This document shows positions 35,828 to 54,608 of a stretch of DNA of 64,000 nucleotides, in pieces (position 1 is the stretch's first letter; each line of letters starts with the position of its first letter). The translations under genes and the position numbers were made by a program. Origin of the DNA: Escherichia coli (GTDB taxonomy: Bacteria > Pseudomonadota > Gammaproteobacteria > Enterobacterales > Enterobacteriaceae); assembly GCF_016026235.1 (NCBI RefSeq), contig NZ_CP065613.1; one strand, written 5' to 3'. The notes beneath the pieces were generated by a model, which was not told the origin of the DNA, made no database searches, and saw only the letters and a program-made list of their open reading frames with translations.

Positions 35828-36706
35828 ATGAGCAAAAAGCAGAGTTCCACCCCACACGATGCGCTGTTCAAACTCTTTTTACGCCAACCGGACACGGCTC
35901 GTGATTTTCTTGCGTTTCATTTACCGGCACCCATTCACGCGCTTTGTGATATGAAAACCCTCAAGCTGGAGTCGAGCAGCTTTATTGATGACGATCTGCG
36001 TGAAAGCTATTCCGATGTGCTGTGGTCGGTGAAAACGGAACAAGGACCAGGATACATCTATTGTCTGATTGAACATCAAAGCACCTCAAACAAACTGATC
36101 GCATTTCGCATGATGCGTTACGCTATTGCCGCAATGCAAAATCACCTTGATGCTGGATACAAAACGTTGCCGATGGTGGTGCCATTGTTGTTTTACCACG
36201 GTATTGAAAGCCCCTATCCCTATTCGCTGTGTTGGCTGGATTGTTTCGCCGATCCCAAACTGGCAAGGCAGCTTTATGCCTCCGCATTTCCGCTGATTGA
36301 TGTCACCGTCATGCCTGATGATGAAATCATGCAGCACCGACGTATGGCGCTGCTGGAGTTAATTCAAAAACATATTCGTCAACGCGATCTGATGGGGCTG
36401 GTAGAGCAAATGGCCTGCTTATTAAGTAGTGGATACGCTAATGACAGACAAATCAAAGGGCTGTTTAATTACATACTGCAAACCGGCGACGCGGTACGTT
36501 TTAACGATTTTATCGACGGCGTTGCCGAACGTTCACCGAAACACAAGGAGAGTTTAATGACAATTGCGGAAAGATTGCGGCAGGAGGGGGAACAATCCAA
36601 AGCCCTGCATATAGCCAAAATAATGCTTGAATCCGGAGTCCCTCTTACAGACATCATGCGCTTTACCGGGGTGTCAGAAGAAGAGTTGGCTGCGGCGAGC
36701 CAGTAA
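35828..36706 (+). CDS. rpnA: Rpn-family recombination-promoting nuclease (transposase_31-like, PD-(D/E)XK)
   Basis: 292-aa [36 protein letters not shown]...; the N-terminal HDALFK motif is characteristic of YhgA-like/Rpn proteins. Confidence 0.85.
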   Translation: MSKKQSSTPHDALFKLFLRQPDTARDFLAFHLPAPIHALCDMKTLKLESSSFIDDDLRESYSDVLWSVKTEQGPGYIYCLIEHQSTSNKLIAFRMMRYAIAAMQNHLDAGYKTLPMVVPLLFYHGIESPYPYSLCWLDCFADPKLARQLYASAFPLIDVTVMPDDEIMQHRRMALLELIQKHIRQRDLMGLVEQMACLLSSGYANDRQIKGLFNYILQTGDAVRFNDFIDGVAERSPKHKESLMTIAERLRQEGEQSKALHIAKIMLESGVPLTDIMRFTGVSEEELAAASQ

Positions 36707-36734
36707 ATTTCTGTCTCGCCATTTCAAAAGTTGC

Positions 36735-38226
<1,492 letters not shown>

Positions 38227-38284
38227 AGCCTCGATGATGGGCGTATTATAACCAACTAAAATAGTCAACTATTAGGCCATTACT

Positions 38285-38860
38285 ATGATCCGTATTTCCG
38301 ATGCTGCACAAGCGCACTTTGCCAAACTGCTGGCAAACCAGGAAGAAGGGACACAAATCCGCGTATTTGTGATTAACCCTGGCACGCCTAACGCTGAATG
38401 TGGTGTTTCTTATTGTCCGCCGGATGCCGTGGAAGCCACCGACACTGCCCTGAAATTTGACCTGCTGACCGCGTATGTTGATGAGTTAAGCGCTCCTTAC
38501 CTGGAAGATGCAGAGATCGATTTTGTTACCGACCAGTTGGGTTCTCAGCTAACACTGAAAGCGCCTAACGCCAAAATGCGTAAAGTGGCAGACGATGCAC
38601 CACTGATGGAGCGCGTGGAGTATATGCTGCAGTCGCAGATCAACCCACAGCTTGCTGGTCACGGTGGCCGCGTTTCACTGATGGAAATCACCGAAGACGG
38701 TTACGCCATTCTGCAATTTGGCGGCGGCTGTAACGGTTGTTCCATGGTCGATGTGACGCTGAAAGAAGGGATCGAGAAGCAGCTGCTAAACGAATTCCCG
38801 GAGCTGAAAGGTGTGCGCGATCTCACCGAACACCAGCGCGGCGAACACTCCTACTACTAA
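38285..38860 (+). CDS. nfuA: Fe-S cluster carrier protein NfuA
   Basis: 191-aa [50 protein letters not shown]... with the C-terminal CxxC (GGGCNGCSM). Confidence 0.95.
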
Positions 38861-38918
<58 letters not shown>

Positions 38919-39044
38919 GTTGAACATGTGCCAGACGTTGGCGCAGCATTGCTTTGGCAAATCCCTCCCTTCGTTTCTCCGCGATAATATGACCAACCTC
39001 TCATAATTTAAATTTACCCCGCTCTGGTGATTCTCAAACGCCAG

Positions 39045-39060
39045 ATGTTACCCGTATCAT
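39045..39060. promoter_or_regulatory. putative GntR operator 1 upstream of gntT
   Basis: ATGTTACCCGTATCAT, a near-palindrome of the ATGTTACC...GTAACAT type; the second site 39184-39200 (TGACGTTACCCATAACA) shares the GTTACCC core. Confidence 0.5.
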
Positions 39061-39183
39061 TCACATGGGTACCAAACATACTCCTGACATCTGACTACAA
39101 TAATTAGTTTTAGTGGGTATCAGTCGTGGTGCCGCAATATCTCTGTTCCCGATTGGGATAATTAGAGTTTGTCGTCAGAAAAT

Positions 39184-39200
39184 TGACGTTACCCATAACA
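39184..39200. promoter_or_regulatory. putative GntR operator 2 upstream of gntT
   Basis: TGACGTTACCCATAACA, about 20 bp upstream of the gntT ATG; shares the core with the site at 39045-39060. Confidence 0.45.
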
Positions 39201-39220
39201 AATGAAAGGCCAGGTAAATC

Positions 39221-40537
39221 ATGCCATTAGTCATTGTTGCTATCGGTGTAATCTTGTTGTTGCTCCTGATGATCCGTTTCAAAATGAACGGCTTCATCGC
39301 TCTCGTCCTCGTGGCGCTTGCTGTTGGATTAATGCAAGGGATGCCGCTGGATAAAGTTATTGGCTCCATCAAAGCCGGTGTCGGCGGGACGCTCGGTAGC
39401 CTTGCCCTGATCATGGGTTTTGGCGCGATGCTGGGCAAAATGCTGGCAGACTGCGGTGGCGCACAACGTATCGCCACCACCCTGATTGCCAAATTTGGTA
39501 AAAAACACATCCAGTGGGCGGTGGTACTGACCGGTTTTACCGTTGGTTTTGCCCTGTTCTATGAAGTGGGCTTTGTGCTGATGCTGCCGCTGGTGTTTAC
39601 CATCGCGGCTTCTGCGAATATTCCACTGCTGTATGTTGGTGTACCAATGGCAGCTGCACTGTCTGTGACCCACGGCTTCCTGCCACCGCATCCGGGTCCG
39701 ACTGCGATTGCCACCATTTTCAATGCCGATATGGGTAAAACCTTGCTGTACGGTACTATTCTGGCAATCCCGACCGTGATTCTCGCCGGTCCGGTTTACG
39801 CTCGCGTGTTGAAAGGTATCGATAAGCCAATCCCGGAAGGTCTCTACAGCGCGAAAACCTTCAGCGAAGAAGAGATGCCGAGCTTTGGCGTCAGCGTCTG
39901 GACCTCTCTGGTGCCGGTAGTACTGATGGCGATGCGTGCGATTGCCGAAATGATCCTGCCGAAAGGTCACGCTTTCCTGCCGGTAGCGGAGTTCCTCGGT
40001 GACCCAGTAATGGCTACGCTGATTGCCGTGCTGATTGCCATGTTCACCTTTGGTCTGAACCGTGGTCGTTCAATGGATCAGATTAACGACACGCTGGTTT
40101 CTTCCATCAAAATCATTGCGATGATGCTGTTGATCATCGGTGGTGGCGGTGCGTTCAAGCAGGTGCTGGTAGACAGCGGCGTGGACAAATACATTGCTTC
40201 CATGATGCACGAAACCAACATTTCTCCGCTGCTGATGGCCTGGTCGATTGCTGCCGTACTGCGTATCGCGCTGGGTTCCGCAACCGTTGCGGCAATCACT
40301 GCGGGTGGTATCGCGGCACCGCTGATTGCAACGACGGGTGTTAGCCCGGAGCTGATGGTTATTGCGGTGGGTTCCGGTAGTGTGATTTTCTCTCATGTGA
40401 ACGATCCGGGCTTCTGGCTGTTCAAAGAGTACTTTAACCTGACTATCGGCGAGACCATCAAATCCTGGTCGATGCTGGAAACCATTATCTCGGTGTGCGG
40501 TCTGGTAGGCTGTCTGCTGCTGAATATGGTGATTTGA
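39221..40537 (+). CDS. gntT: high-affinity gluconate:H+ symporter
   Basis: 438-aa ORF MPLVIVAIGVILLLLLMIRFKMNGFIALVLVALAVGLMQG... (GntP family). Confidence 0.95.
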   Translation: MPLVIVAIGVILLLLLMIRFKMNGFIALVLVALAVGLMQGMPLDKVIGSIKAGVGGTLGSLALIMGFGAMLGKMLADCGGAQRIATTLIAKFGKKHIQWAVVLTGFTVGFALFYEVGFVLMLPLVFTIAASANIPLLYVGVPMAAALSVTHGFLPPHPGPTAIATIFNADMGKTLLYGTILAIPTVILAGPVYARVLKGIDKPIPEGLYSAKTFSEEEMPSFGVSVWTSLVPVVLMAMRAIAEMILPKGHAFLPVAEFLGDPVMATLIAVLIAMFTFGLNRGRSMDQINDTLVSSIKIIAMMLLIIGGGGAFKQVLVDSGVDKYIASMMHETNISPLLMAWSIAAVLRIALGSATVAAITAGGIAAPLIATTGVSPELMVIAVGSGSVIFSHVNDPGFWLFKEYFNLTIGETIKSWSMLETIISVCGLVGCLLLNMVI

Positions 40538-40548
40538 TAACACTGACT

Positions 40549-40569
40549 GCCGGATGCATCGCATCCGGC
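40549..40569. other. perfect 9-bp inverted repeat between convergent gntT and malQ
   Basis: GCCGGATGC-ATC-GCATCCGGC; no adjacent U-tract on either strand, so it may be a structural or REP-like element rather than an intrinsic terminator. Confidence 0.45.
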
Positions 40570-40581
40570 ATCAACCGCACT

Positions 40582-42666
40582 CTACTTCTTCTTCGCTGCA
40601 GCTCTGCGCCGTCTGTCCAAATCCTTCAGCAACTTGTTCACGCCATCATCGGCAAACATCGACTCAAGCGTTGCGGAAAGCTTGCGTCGCCAGTTTTTAT
40701 ACTGGTAACTGGTGCCAGGAATATTCACCGGTTCGGCCATATCCAGCCAGTCTTCCGGCTGTAGTCCTAACAGAGCACTGTTACTGTCGGCAATGTAGCG
40801 CTGCAAACCACGGTTCAGCGTCGGCGTCATCGACATCAACGATGCCTTATGCCCGGCACGTTTTGGCAGACAACCATATTTATGCAGTGCATCCAGCAGC
40901 CCTTGCTTCGCCAGTTCGCGATCCTGATACAGACCGCGCAGTACCACTTCATCCGGATACAGCCCCAGGGTTTTGCCCAGCGTTAGATCCCCGCTCTCCC
41001 AGTAACCGCGTAGCGTAGGCAGGTCATGTGTCGCCGCAACCGCCATCGACTGCTCCGGATACGCTTTCGGTGCACGGAACGTCTTCTCGTGGTCGTTTTC
41101 GAAATAGAGCACTTTGTAGGAGTACACACCGCTGCTGCGCAGCTTACCGACAATCTCTACCGGTACGGTACCGAGATCTTCACCAATCACCATACAGCGA
41201 TGACGTTTACTTTCGAGTGCCAGAATCGAGAGCAGATCATCCACCGGATAGTGAACATACGCGCCCTGATCTGCCGTCTCGCCATACGGTATCCACCACA
41301 AACGCAGCATCGACATCACATGGTCAATTCGTAATGCGCCGCAGTTTTGCATATTGGCACGCAACAGCTCGATAAACGGTTCATAGGCACGCGCGGTGAT
41401 GATATGCGGGTCCATTGGCGGTAATCCCCAGTTCTGCCCCAACGGGCCGAGGATATCCGGCGGCGCGCCAACCGACGCTTTCAGGCAATATAGTTCACGG
41501 TCACACCAGGTTTCCGCCCCACCTTCCGCTACGCCAACCGCCAGATCACGATACAAGCCAATCGGCATTTCATAGCCCTGGCTTATCTCCCAGCAGGCGG
41601 CAAACTGGCTGTAAGCCAGCCACTGCAACCAGAGATAAAAATCGACGTCATTACGATGTTCTTCGCAGAACTGACGCACTTCTGGTGAATCCACGTTCTG
41701 ATACATCTCTGGCCATGCAGGCCAGCCCCAGCGCATTTCGTCCTCTTTCACTTGCTGGGCATGTAGCGCATCAAAGGCTGCCTGCCAGAACAGGCTGTCG
41801 CCCTGCTCTGCAACAAACTGGCGAAACGCGGCCATCTGCTCATCATCACGTTGCGCGAAACCTTTCCACGCCATTCGTAATGCTGTCATTTTTAGGGCGG
41901 TAACCGTGGAGTAATCGACCCAGTCGGCATCGCGCGCCTGTTGCAGCGTCTGTTGCGTGGTCGGCAACTGCCACCAGGCCTGAGCCTCTTCGCTAAGATG
42001 GAAATCTTCGACGGCGTTAACGTCGATATAAATCACATTCAGCCAACGGCGAGAAGACGGGCTGTATGGGCTGGCACTCTCCGGATTTGCCGGATAGAGC
42101 GCATGAATCGGGTTCAGGCCGATGAACGCCCCGCCACGTTTTGCCACATCCACCAGCATCGCTTTGAGATCGCCAAAATCCCCAATACCCCAGTTTTTTT
42201 CCGATCGCAGCGTATAAAGCTGAACGCAGGCACCCCACAGCTTTTGTTTATTCAGCAACGCCTGCGGTTCGTAACAGCGTTTCGGGGCGACAATCACCCG
42301 GCAATGCGCGCGCTGGTCGTCCTGGGTGAGTGTCAGCGTGTGATAACCTTCCGGCAGCTTCGTCGGTAGATTGAACGCTTTGCCCCCCGTTACATGGCCT
42401 TTGTACTGTGTTCCTTCTTCGGTGGTCAGCAGCCAGCTATATTCGCCGCTGCCCTCCACCACCATCGGCATTTTTTTGCCGCTGGTATAAACCATGACAT
42501 TCGGGACTGGCGTTACCGCCACTTTCGTGGCGGTACTTTGATGCATCGCGTCAAGCAAACGCCGTTTGGTTTCGGCGCCAATCGACTGCGGTTTTCCGTG
42601 GGCATTAATGTAATTGGGGCTGATCCCCGCCGCCAGTGCGGCTTTGTCCAGACGTTTGCTTTCCAT
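40582..42666 (-). CDS. malQ: 4-alpha-glucanotransferase (amylomaltase)
   Basis: 694-aa ORF MESKRLDKAALAAGISPNYINAHGKPQSI... Confidence 0.97.
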   Translation of the reverse strand: MESKRLDKAALAAGISPNYINAHGKPQSIGAETKRRLLDAMHQSTATKVAVTPVPNVMVYTSGKKMPMVVEGSGEYSWLLTTEEGTQYKGHVTGGKAFNLPTKLPEGYHTLTLTQDDQRAHCRVIVAPKRCYEPQALLNKQKLWGACVQLYTLRSEKNWGIGDFGDLKAMLVDVAKRGGAFIGLNPIHALYPANPESASPYSPSSRRWLNVIYIDVNAVEDFHLSEEAQAWWQLPTTQQTLQQARDADWVDYSTVTALKMTALRMAWKGFAQRDDEQMAAFRQFVAEQGDSLFWQAAFDALHAQQVKEDEMRWGWPAWPEMYQNVDSPEVRQFCEEHRNDVDFYLWLQWLAYSQFAACWEISQGYEMPIGLYRDLAVGVAEGGAETWCDRELYCLKASVGAPPDILGPLGQNWGLPPMDPHIITARAYEPFIELLRANMQNCGALRIDHVMSMLRLWWIPYGETADQGAYVHYPVDDLLSILALESKRHRCMVIGEDLGTVPVEIVGKLRSSGVYSYKVLYFENDHEKTFRAPKAYPEQSMAVAATHDLPTLRGYWESGDLTLGKTLGLYPDEVVLRGLYQDRELAKQGLLDALHKYGCLPKRAGHKASLMSMTPTLNRGLQRYIADSNSALLGLQPEDWLDMAEPVNIPGTSYQYKNWRRKLSATLESMFADDGVNKLLKDLDRRRRAAAKKK

Positions 42667-42675
42667 CGCGCTTCC

Positions 42676-45093
<2,418 letters not shown>

Positions 45094-45138
45094 TCAACAC
45101 AACGTTATCGCTAGTTTGCCAGGCTCGATGTTGACCTT

Positions 45139-45184
45139 CCTCATCCTGCGGGGGATTAGGCAGGGAGGAGTTGCGGGGATGAGC
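45139..45184. promoter_or_regulatory. MalT-box-like motifs of the malPQ promoter
   Basis: GGGGATGAGC (45175-45184), GGGAGGAG (45163-45170) and reverse-strand GGATGAGG (45139-45146) resemble the MalT box GGGGA(T/G)GAGG, 70-115 bp upstream of malP. Confidence 0.5.
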
Positions 45185-45674
45185 AAGGAAATGTGATCTC
45201 AACCACTTAAAGCTAGTGCAAACCACAGGATTAGCAGCAAATCAATGCAATACAGCGCAGAAAATCTGTATCTAAGTGCAAAAAATGGCCGTTGCGTATT
45301 TTCAAAAAGCGGAAGGTAACTCTATAAATTAAGTAAAGGAGTGAAACAGTTTCACAAGTAAAATATCCAGTGTGCTCCATCTCATTCTTAATAGATTTAT
45401 TAAGATCATCTTTTTAGATGGCACTTTCATCAGGAATGAAGAAGAAACCCTTGCTTAAATGAATCTGATGAACATAAGGGAAACCAGTATTCACGCTGGA
45501 TCAGCGTCGTTTTAGGTGAGTTGTTAATAAAGATTTGGAATTGTGACACAGTGCAAATTCAGACACATAAAAAAACGTCATCGCTTGCATTAGAAAGGTT
45601 TCTGGCCGACCTTATAACCATTAATTACGAAGCGCAAAAAAAATAATATTTCCTCATTTTCCACAGTGAAGTGA

Positions 45675-48386
<2,712 letters not shown>

Positions 48387-48428
48387 GTTTAGCCGGATAA
48401 TGCATTGGATCCGGTTTACATCTTTACA

Positions 48429-49448
<1,020 letters not shown>

Positions 49449-50675
49449 TTATCCTTTTACGCACACCACCTGACGCAGGGTGTAGATAACTTCCACCAGA
49501 TCGCTTTGTGCCGCCATCACCGCATCAATATCTTTATACGCCATCGGGATTTCGTCGATCACTTCGGCATCTTTACGGCATTCCACATGCGCGGTAGCAC
49601 GAATTTGATCTTCCACGCTGAACAGTTTTTTCGCTTTAGTACGGCTCATTACCCGCCCGGCACCGTGGCTGCACGAACAGAACGACTCTTCATTTCCCAG
49701 CCCACGGACGATAAAGCTTTTTGCTCCCATCGAACCGGGAATAATTCCATATTGACCAGCACGCGCAGACACCGCGCCTTTACGCGTCACGTAGATCTCT
49801 TCACCAAAGTGCTGTTCTTTTTGCACATAGTTGTGGTGACAGTTGATCTCTTCCATCGCCAGCGTTTGTGGCTGTCTGACCGTTTTCTGCGTAATGCTCT
49901 GCAACGCCGTTACCACGTTTTCCATCATCGCATCGCGGTTAAGGCTGGCGAAAAGCTGCGCCCAGGCCACGGCTCTTAGGTAATCATCAAAGTATTCCGT
50001 ACCTTCCATAAAGTACGCCAGGTCGCGCGATGGCAACGTTTCAAGCTGGTCCTGCATCTCTTTTTGTGCCAAATCGATAAAGTAAGTCCCGATGGCGTTA
50101 CCAATTCCGCGTGAACCGGAGTGCAGCATAATCCACACCTGGTCCGACTCATCAAGGCAGATTTCAATAAAGTGGTTACCCGTTCCCAGCGTTCCCAGGT
50201 GTTTATAGTTGTTAGTGTTAAGGAAACGCGGATATTTTTGCGTTAACCACTGATAACCGGCTTCAAGCTCAGCCCATTTCGCATCGACGTTAACAGGCGG
50301 GTTTTCCCATGCGCCTTTATCACGTTTACAACGGCCAGTGGTACGTCCGTGCGGCACCGCAGTTTCAATCGCCTGACGCAGCTCTGCCAGGTTTTCAGGC
50401 AGGTCTGCCGCCGTTAACGCGGTACGCAGCGCGTTCATTCCACAGCCAATATCCACGCCCACCGCCGCCGGAATAATCGCCCCTTTGGTCGGGATCACGC
50501 TACCAATGGTGGAACCTTTACCCAGGTGTACATCAGGCATTACCGCAATATGTTTGAAAATAAACGGCATCTTCGCCGTATTAATAAGTTGCTGACGCGC
50601 ATCGGCTTCTACCGGCACGCCTTTGGTCCACATTTTTACCGGGGCATTTTCAATGGTCAGTAATTCGTAATTCAT
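49449..50675 (-). CDS. rtcB: RNA-splicing ligase RtcB
   Basis: Track ORF trimmed to ATG at 50673-50675 (MNYELLTIENAPVKMWTKGVPVEA..., 408 aa); this start is consistent with the sigma54 promoter placement. Confidence 0.95.
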   Translation of the reverse strand: MNYELLTIENAPVKMWTKGVPVEADARQQLINTAKMPFIFKHIAVMPDVHLGKGSTIGSVIPTKGAIIPAAVGVDIGCGMNALRTALTAADLPENLAELRQAIETAVPHGRTTGRCKRDKGAWENPPVNVDAKWAELEAGYQWLTQKYPRFLNTNNYKHLGTLGTGNHFIEICLDESDQVWIMLHSGSRGIGNAIGTYFIDLAQKEMQDQLETLPSRDLAYFMEGTEYFDDYLRAVAWAQLFASLNRDAMMENVVTALQSITQKTVRQPQTLAMEEINCHHNYVQKEQHFGEEIYVTRKGAVSARAGQYGIIPGSMGAKSFIVRGLGNEESFCSCSHGAGRVMSRTKAKKLFSVEDQIRATAHVECRKDAEVIDEIPMAYKDIDAVMAAQSDLVEVIYTLRQVVCVKG

Positions 50676-50711
50676 TTTGTTTTTCTCTTTCGTTGTTTGC
50701 TGTCGTGATAA

Positions 50712-50728
50712 TTGCAACCGTCGTGCCA
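50712..50728 (-). promoter_or_regulatory. sigma54 (-24/-12) promoter of rtcBA
   Basis: The minus strand reads TGGCACGACGGTTGCAA, an exact fit to TGGCACG-N4-TTGCA, about 40 bp upstream of the rtcB start and adjacent to the divergent sigma54 activator gene rtcR. Confidence 0.85.
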
Positions 50729-50862
50729 GAAAATTAAATAAGCAGATTAATTTTTTAATTCATTGTTTTTAAATAGGTTAAATCTTTACGTCCGTAAACG
50801 GAGATTTTCCACAAAACCAATTCACCGATAATGAAATATCGTCTTTTATAAGGATATCTAAG

Positions 50863-52461
50863 ATGCGTAAAACAGTGGCTTTTGGCTTTGTCGGAACGGT
50901 GCTGGATTATGCCGGGCGCGGCAGTCAGCGCTGGTCGAAATGGCGTCCGACACTCTGTTTATGCCAGCAAGAATCGTTGGTCATCGATCGACTGGAATTA
51001 TTGCATGACGCCCGCTCGCGCTCGCTATTTGAAACGCTTAAACGCGATATCGCCAGCGTTTCGCCAGAAACAGAAGTGGTGAGCGTTGAGATTGAACTGC
51101 ATAACCCGTGGGATTTCGAAGAGGTTTACGCTTGCCTGCATGATTTCGCCCGTGGTTACGAGTTTCAGCCAGAAAAAGAAGACTATTTAATTCACATTAC
51201 CACCGGCACCCACGTCGCGCAGATTTGCTGGTTTCTGCTGGCGGAAGCGCGTTACCTGCCCGCCCGGCTGATACAATCTTCACCTCCGCGCAAAAAAGAA
51301 CAGCCGCGCGGCGCAGGTGAAGTGACGATTATCGATCTCGATTTAAGCCGTTATAACGCCATCGCCAGCCGCTTTGCCGAGGAACGCCAGCAAACGCTTG
51401 ATTTTCTTAAGTCCGGCATTGCCACGCGTAACCCCCACTTCAACCGCATGATTGAGCAGATCGAAAAAGTGGCGATCAAATCCCGCGCGCCGATTCTGCT
51501 TAACGGTCCAACCGGCGCGGGCAAGTCATTTCTGGCGCGACGCATCTTCGAGTTAAAACAGGCGCGGCATCAGTTTAGCGGCGCGTTTGTGGAAGTGAAC
51601 TGCGCCACCCTGCGCGGCGATACCGCCATGTCGACGCTGTTTGGTCATGTAAAAGGCGCGTTTACCGGGGCGCGGGAATCTCGTGAAGGTTTATTACGCA
51701 GCGCCAACGGCGGAATGTTGTTTCTTGATGAGATTGGCGAACTGGGCGCAGACGAACAGGCAATGCTGCTTAAAGCCATTGAAGAAAAAACCTTTTATCC
51801 GTTTGGCGGCGATCGCCAGGTGAGCAGTGATTTTCAGCTTATCGCCGGAACGGTGCGTGATTTGCGCCAGCTGGTTGCCGAAGGAAAATTTCGCGAAGAC
51901 CTGTACGCGCGGATCAATCTCTGGACCTTCACCCTGCCGGGGCTGCGCCAGCGCCAGGAAGATATTGAACCTAACCTGGATTATGAAGTGGAGCGCCACG
52001 CCTCACTCACTGGCGACAGCGTGCGTTTTAACACCGAAGCGCGGCGTGCCTGGCTGGCCTTTGCGACATCTCCCCAGGCAACATGGCGCGGTAACTTTCG
52101 CGAGCTTTCTGCCAGCGTCACGCGGATGGCTACCTTTGCCACTAGCGGACGCATCACTCTGGACGTGGTTGAAGATGAGATAAACCGTCTGCGCTATAAC
52201 TGGCAGGAGAGTCGCCCCTCCGCGCTTACGCAGCTACTGGGCGCAGAGGCAGAAAACATCGATCTCTTCGACCGTATGCAACTGGAACACGTTATCGCTA
52301 TCTGCCGCCAGGCAAAGTCGCTTTCCGCAGCCGGACGCCAGCTTTTTGACGTTTCGCGCCAGGGCAAAGCCAGCGTCAATGACGCGGATCGGCTACGCAA
52401 ATACCTGGCGCGTTTTGGTCTGACGTGGGAAGCATTGCAGGATCAGCACAGCTCCAGTTGA
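50863..52461 (+). CDS. rtcR: sigma54-dependent transcriptional activator of rtcBA
   Basis: 532-aa ORF with an AAA+ sigma54-interaction domain ([16 protein letters not shown]..., GAFTGA loop). Confidence 0.95.
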   Translation: MRKTVAFGFVGTVLDYAGRGSQRWSKWRPTLCLCQQESLVIDRLELLHDARSRSLFETLKRDIASVSPETEVVSVEIELHNPWDFEEVYACLHDFARGYEFQPEKEDYLIHITTGTHVAQICWFLLAEARYLPARLIQSSPPRKKEQPRGAGEVTIIDLDLSRYNAIASRFAEERQQTLDFLKSGIATRNPHFNRMIEQIEKVAIKSRAPILLNGPTGAGKSFLARRIFELKQARHQFSGAFVEVNCATLRGDTAMSTLFGHVKGAFTGARESREGLLRSANGGMLFLDEIGELGADEQAMLLKAIEEKTFYPFGGDRQVSSDFQLIAGTVRDLRQLVAEGKFREDLYARINLWTFTLPGLRQRQEDIEPNLDYEVERHASLTGDSVRFNTEARRAWLAFATSPQATWRGNFRELSASVTRMATFATSGRITLDVVEDEINRLRYNWQESRPSALTQLLGAEAENIDLFDRMQLEHVIAICRQAKSLSAAGRQLFDVSRQGKASVNDADRLRKYLARFGLTWEALQDQHSSS

Positions 52462-53201
52462 ATATGGTGGTCCGTCAGCACCTGCATCACGCTTACTGGC
52501 GGCGGGGCGTCGGTGTAGACGGCATCTACCATGCTGATGCTGCCCATATTGACCATCGCGTTACGGCCAAATTTCGAGTGATCGACAACCAGCATAACGT
52601 GGCGCGAGTTCTCAATAATGGCGCGTTTGGTGCGAACTTCGTGGTAATCGAACTCCAGCAGCGAGCCGTCGCTATCGATGCCGCTTATCCCCAGAATGCC
52701 GAAATCAAGGCGGAACTGGGAGATAAAATCGAGCGTCGCTTCGCCAATGATCCCGCCATCGCGGCTGCGTAATTCGCCACCGGCGAGAATAATACGGAAA
52801 TCCTATTTTACCATCAGCGTGTTAGCAACGTTAAGATTGTTGGTGACAATGCGCAAATTGCTGTGATTGAGCAGCGCGTGCGCCACCGCTTCCGGCGTGG
52901 TGCCGATATCGATAAACAGCGTCGAGCCATTGGGGATTTGCTCCGCCACTTTGCGGGCGATGCGCTCTTTTTCTTCGGTCTGGGTGGCTTTACGATCGTG
53001 CCACGGCGTGTTAACCGAACTGGAAGGCAGCGCCGCACCGCCATGATGGCGCAGGATCAGGTTTTGCTCCGCCAGCTCATTGAGGTCGCGGCGAATAGTC
53101 TGCGGGCTGACGGAGAAGTGCTCCACCAGCTCCTCGGTACTGACATAACCCTGCTGTTTAACCAGTTCGATAATACCGTTGTGACGTTGTGTTTGTTTCA
53201 T
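52443..53201 (-). pseudogene. glpR: glpR (DeoR-family repressor of the glp regulon) interrupted by an in-frame TAG at codon 133
   Basis: From ATG 53199-53201: MKQTQRHNGIIELVKQQGYVSTEEL...NLNVANTLMVK, then TAG (52803-52805), then same-frame DFRIILAGGELRSRDGGIIGE... to the stop at 52443. That is 252 codons in all; I recall intact GlpR reading ...MVKEDFRII..., so Glu is replaced by a stop. Confidence 0.8.
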
Positions 53202-53217
53202 TTCTAAATCCCTGGAA

Positions 53218-54060
<843 letters not shown>

Positions 54061-54092
54061 TTATTCCACACAAAAGGGGACAGTATAAAGCG

Positions 54093-54497
<405 letters not shown>

Positions 54498-54557
54498 TTA
54501 TACATATCACTCTAAAATGTTTTTTCAATGTTACCTAAAGCGCGATTCTTTGCTAAT

Positions 54558-54575
54558 ATGTTCGATAACGAACAT
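54558..54575. promoter_or_regulatory. GlpR operator in the glpE/glpD divergent control region
   Basis: ATGTTCGATAACGAACAT is a perfect palindrome matching the GlpR operator half-site pattern TGTTCGAT/ATCGAACA, 34 bp upstream of the glpD ATG. Confidence 0.75.
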
Positions 54576-54608
54576 TTATGAGCTTTAACGAAAGTGAATG
54601 AGGGCAGC

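Noticed and set aside
48392-48415. Hairpin after malT as a terminator
   Set aside because: The stem is only 5 bp (CCGGA/TCCGG) with a 12-nt loop and a weak T-tract; too weak to call.
52443-53201. glpR frameshift of the kind reported for some K-12 MG1655 stocks
   Set aside because: The reading frame is continuous across the whole gene; the lesion here is a single in-frame TAG, not a frameshift.
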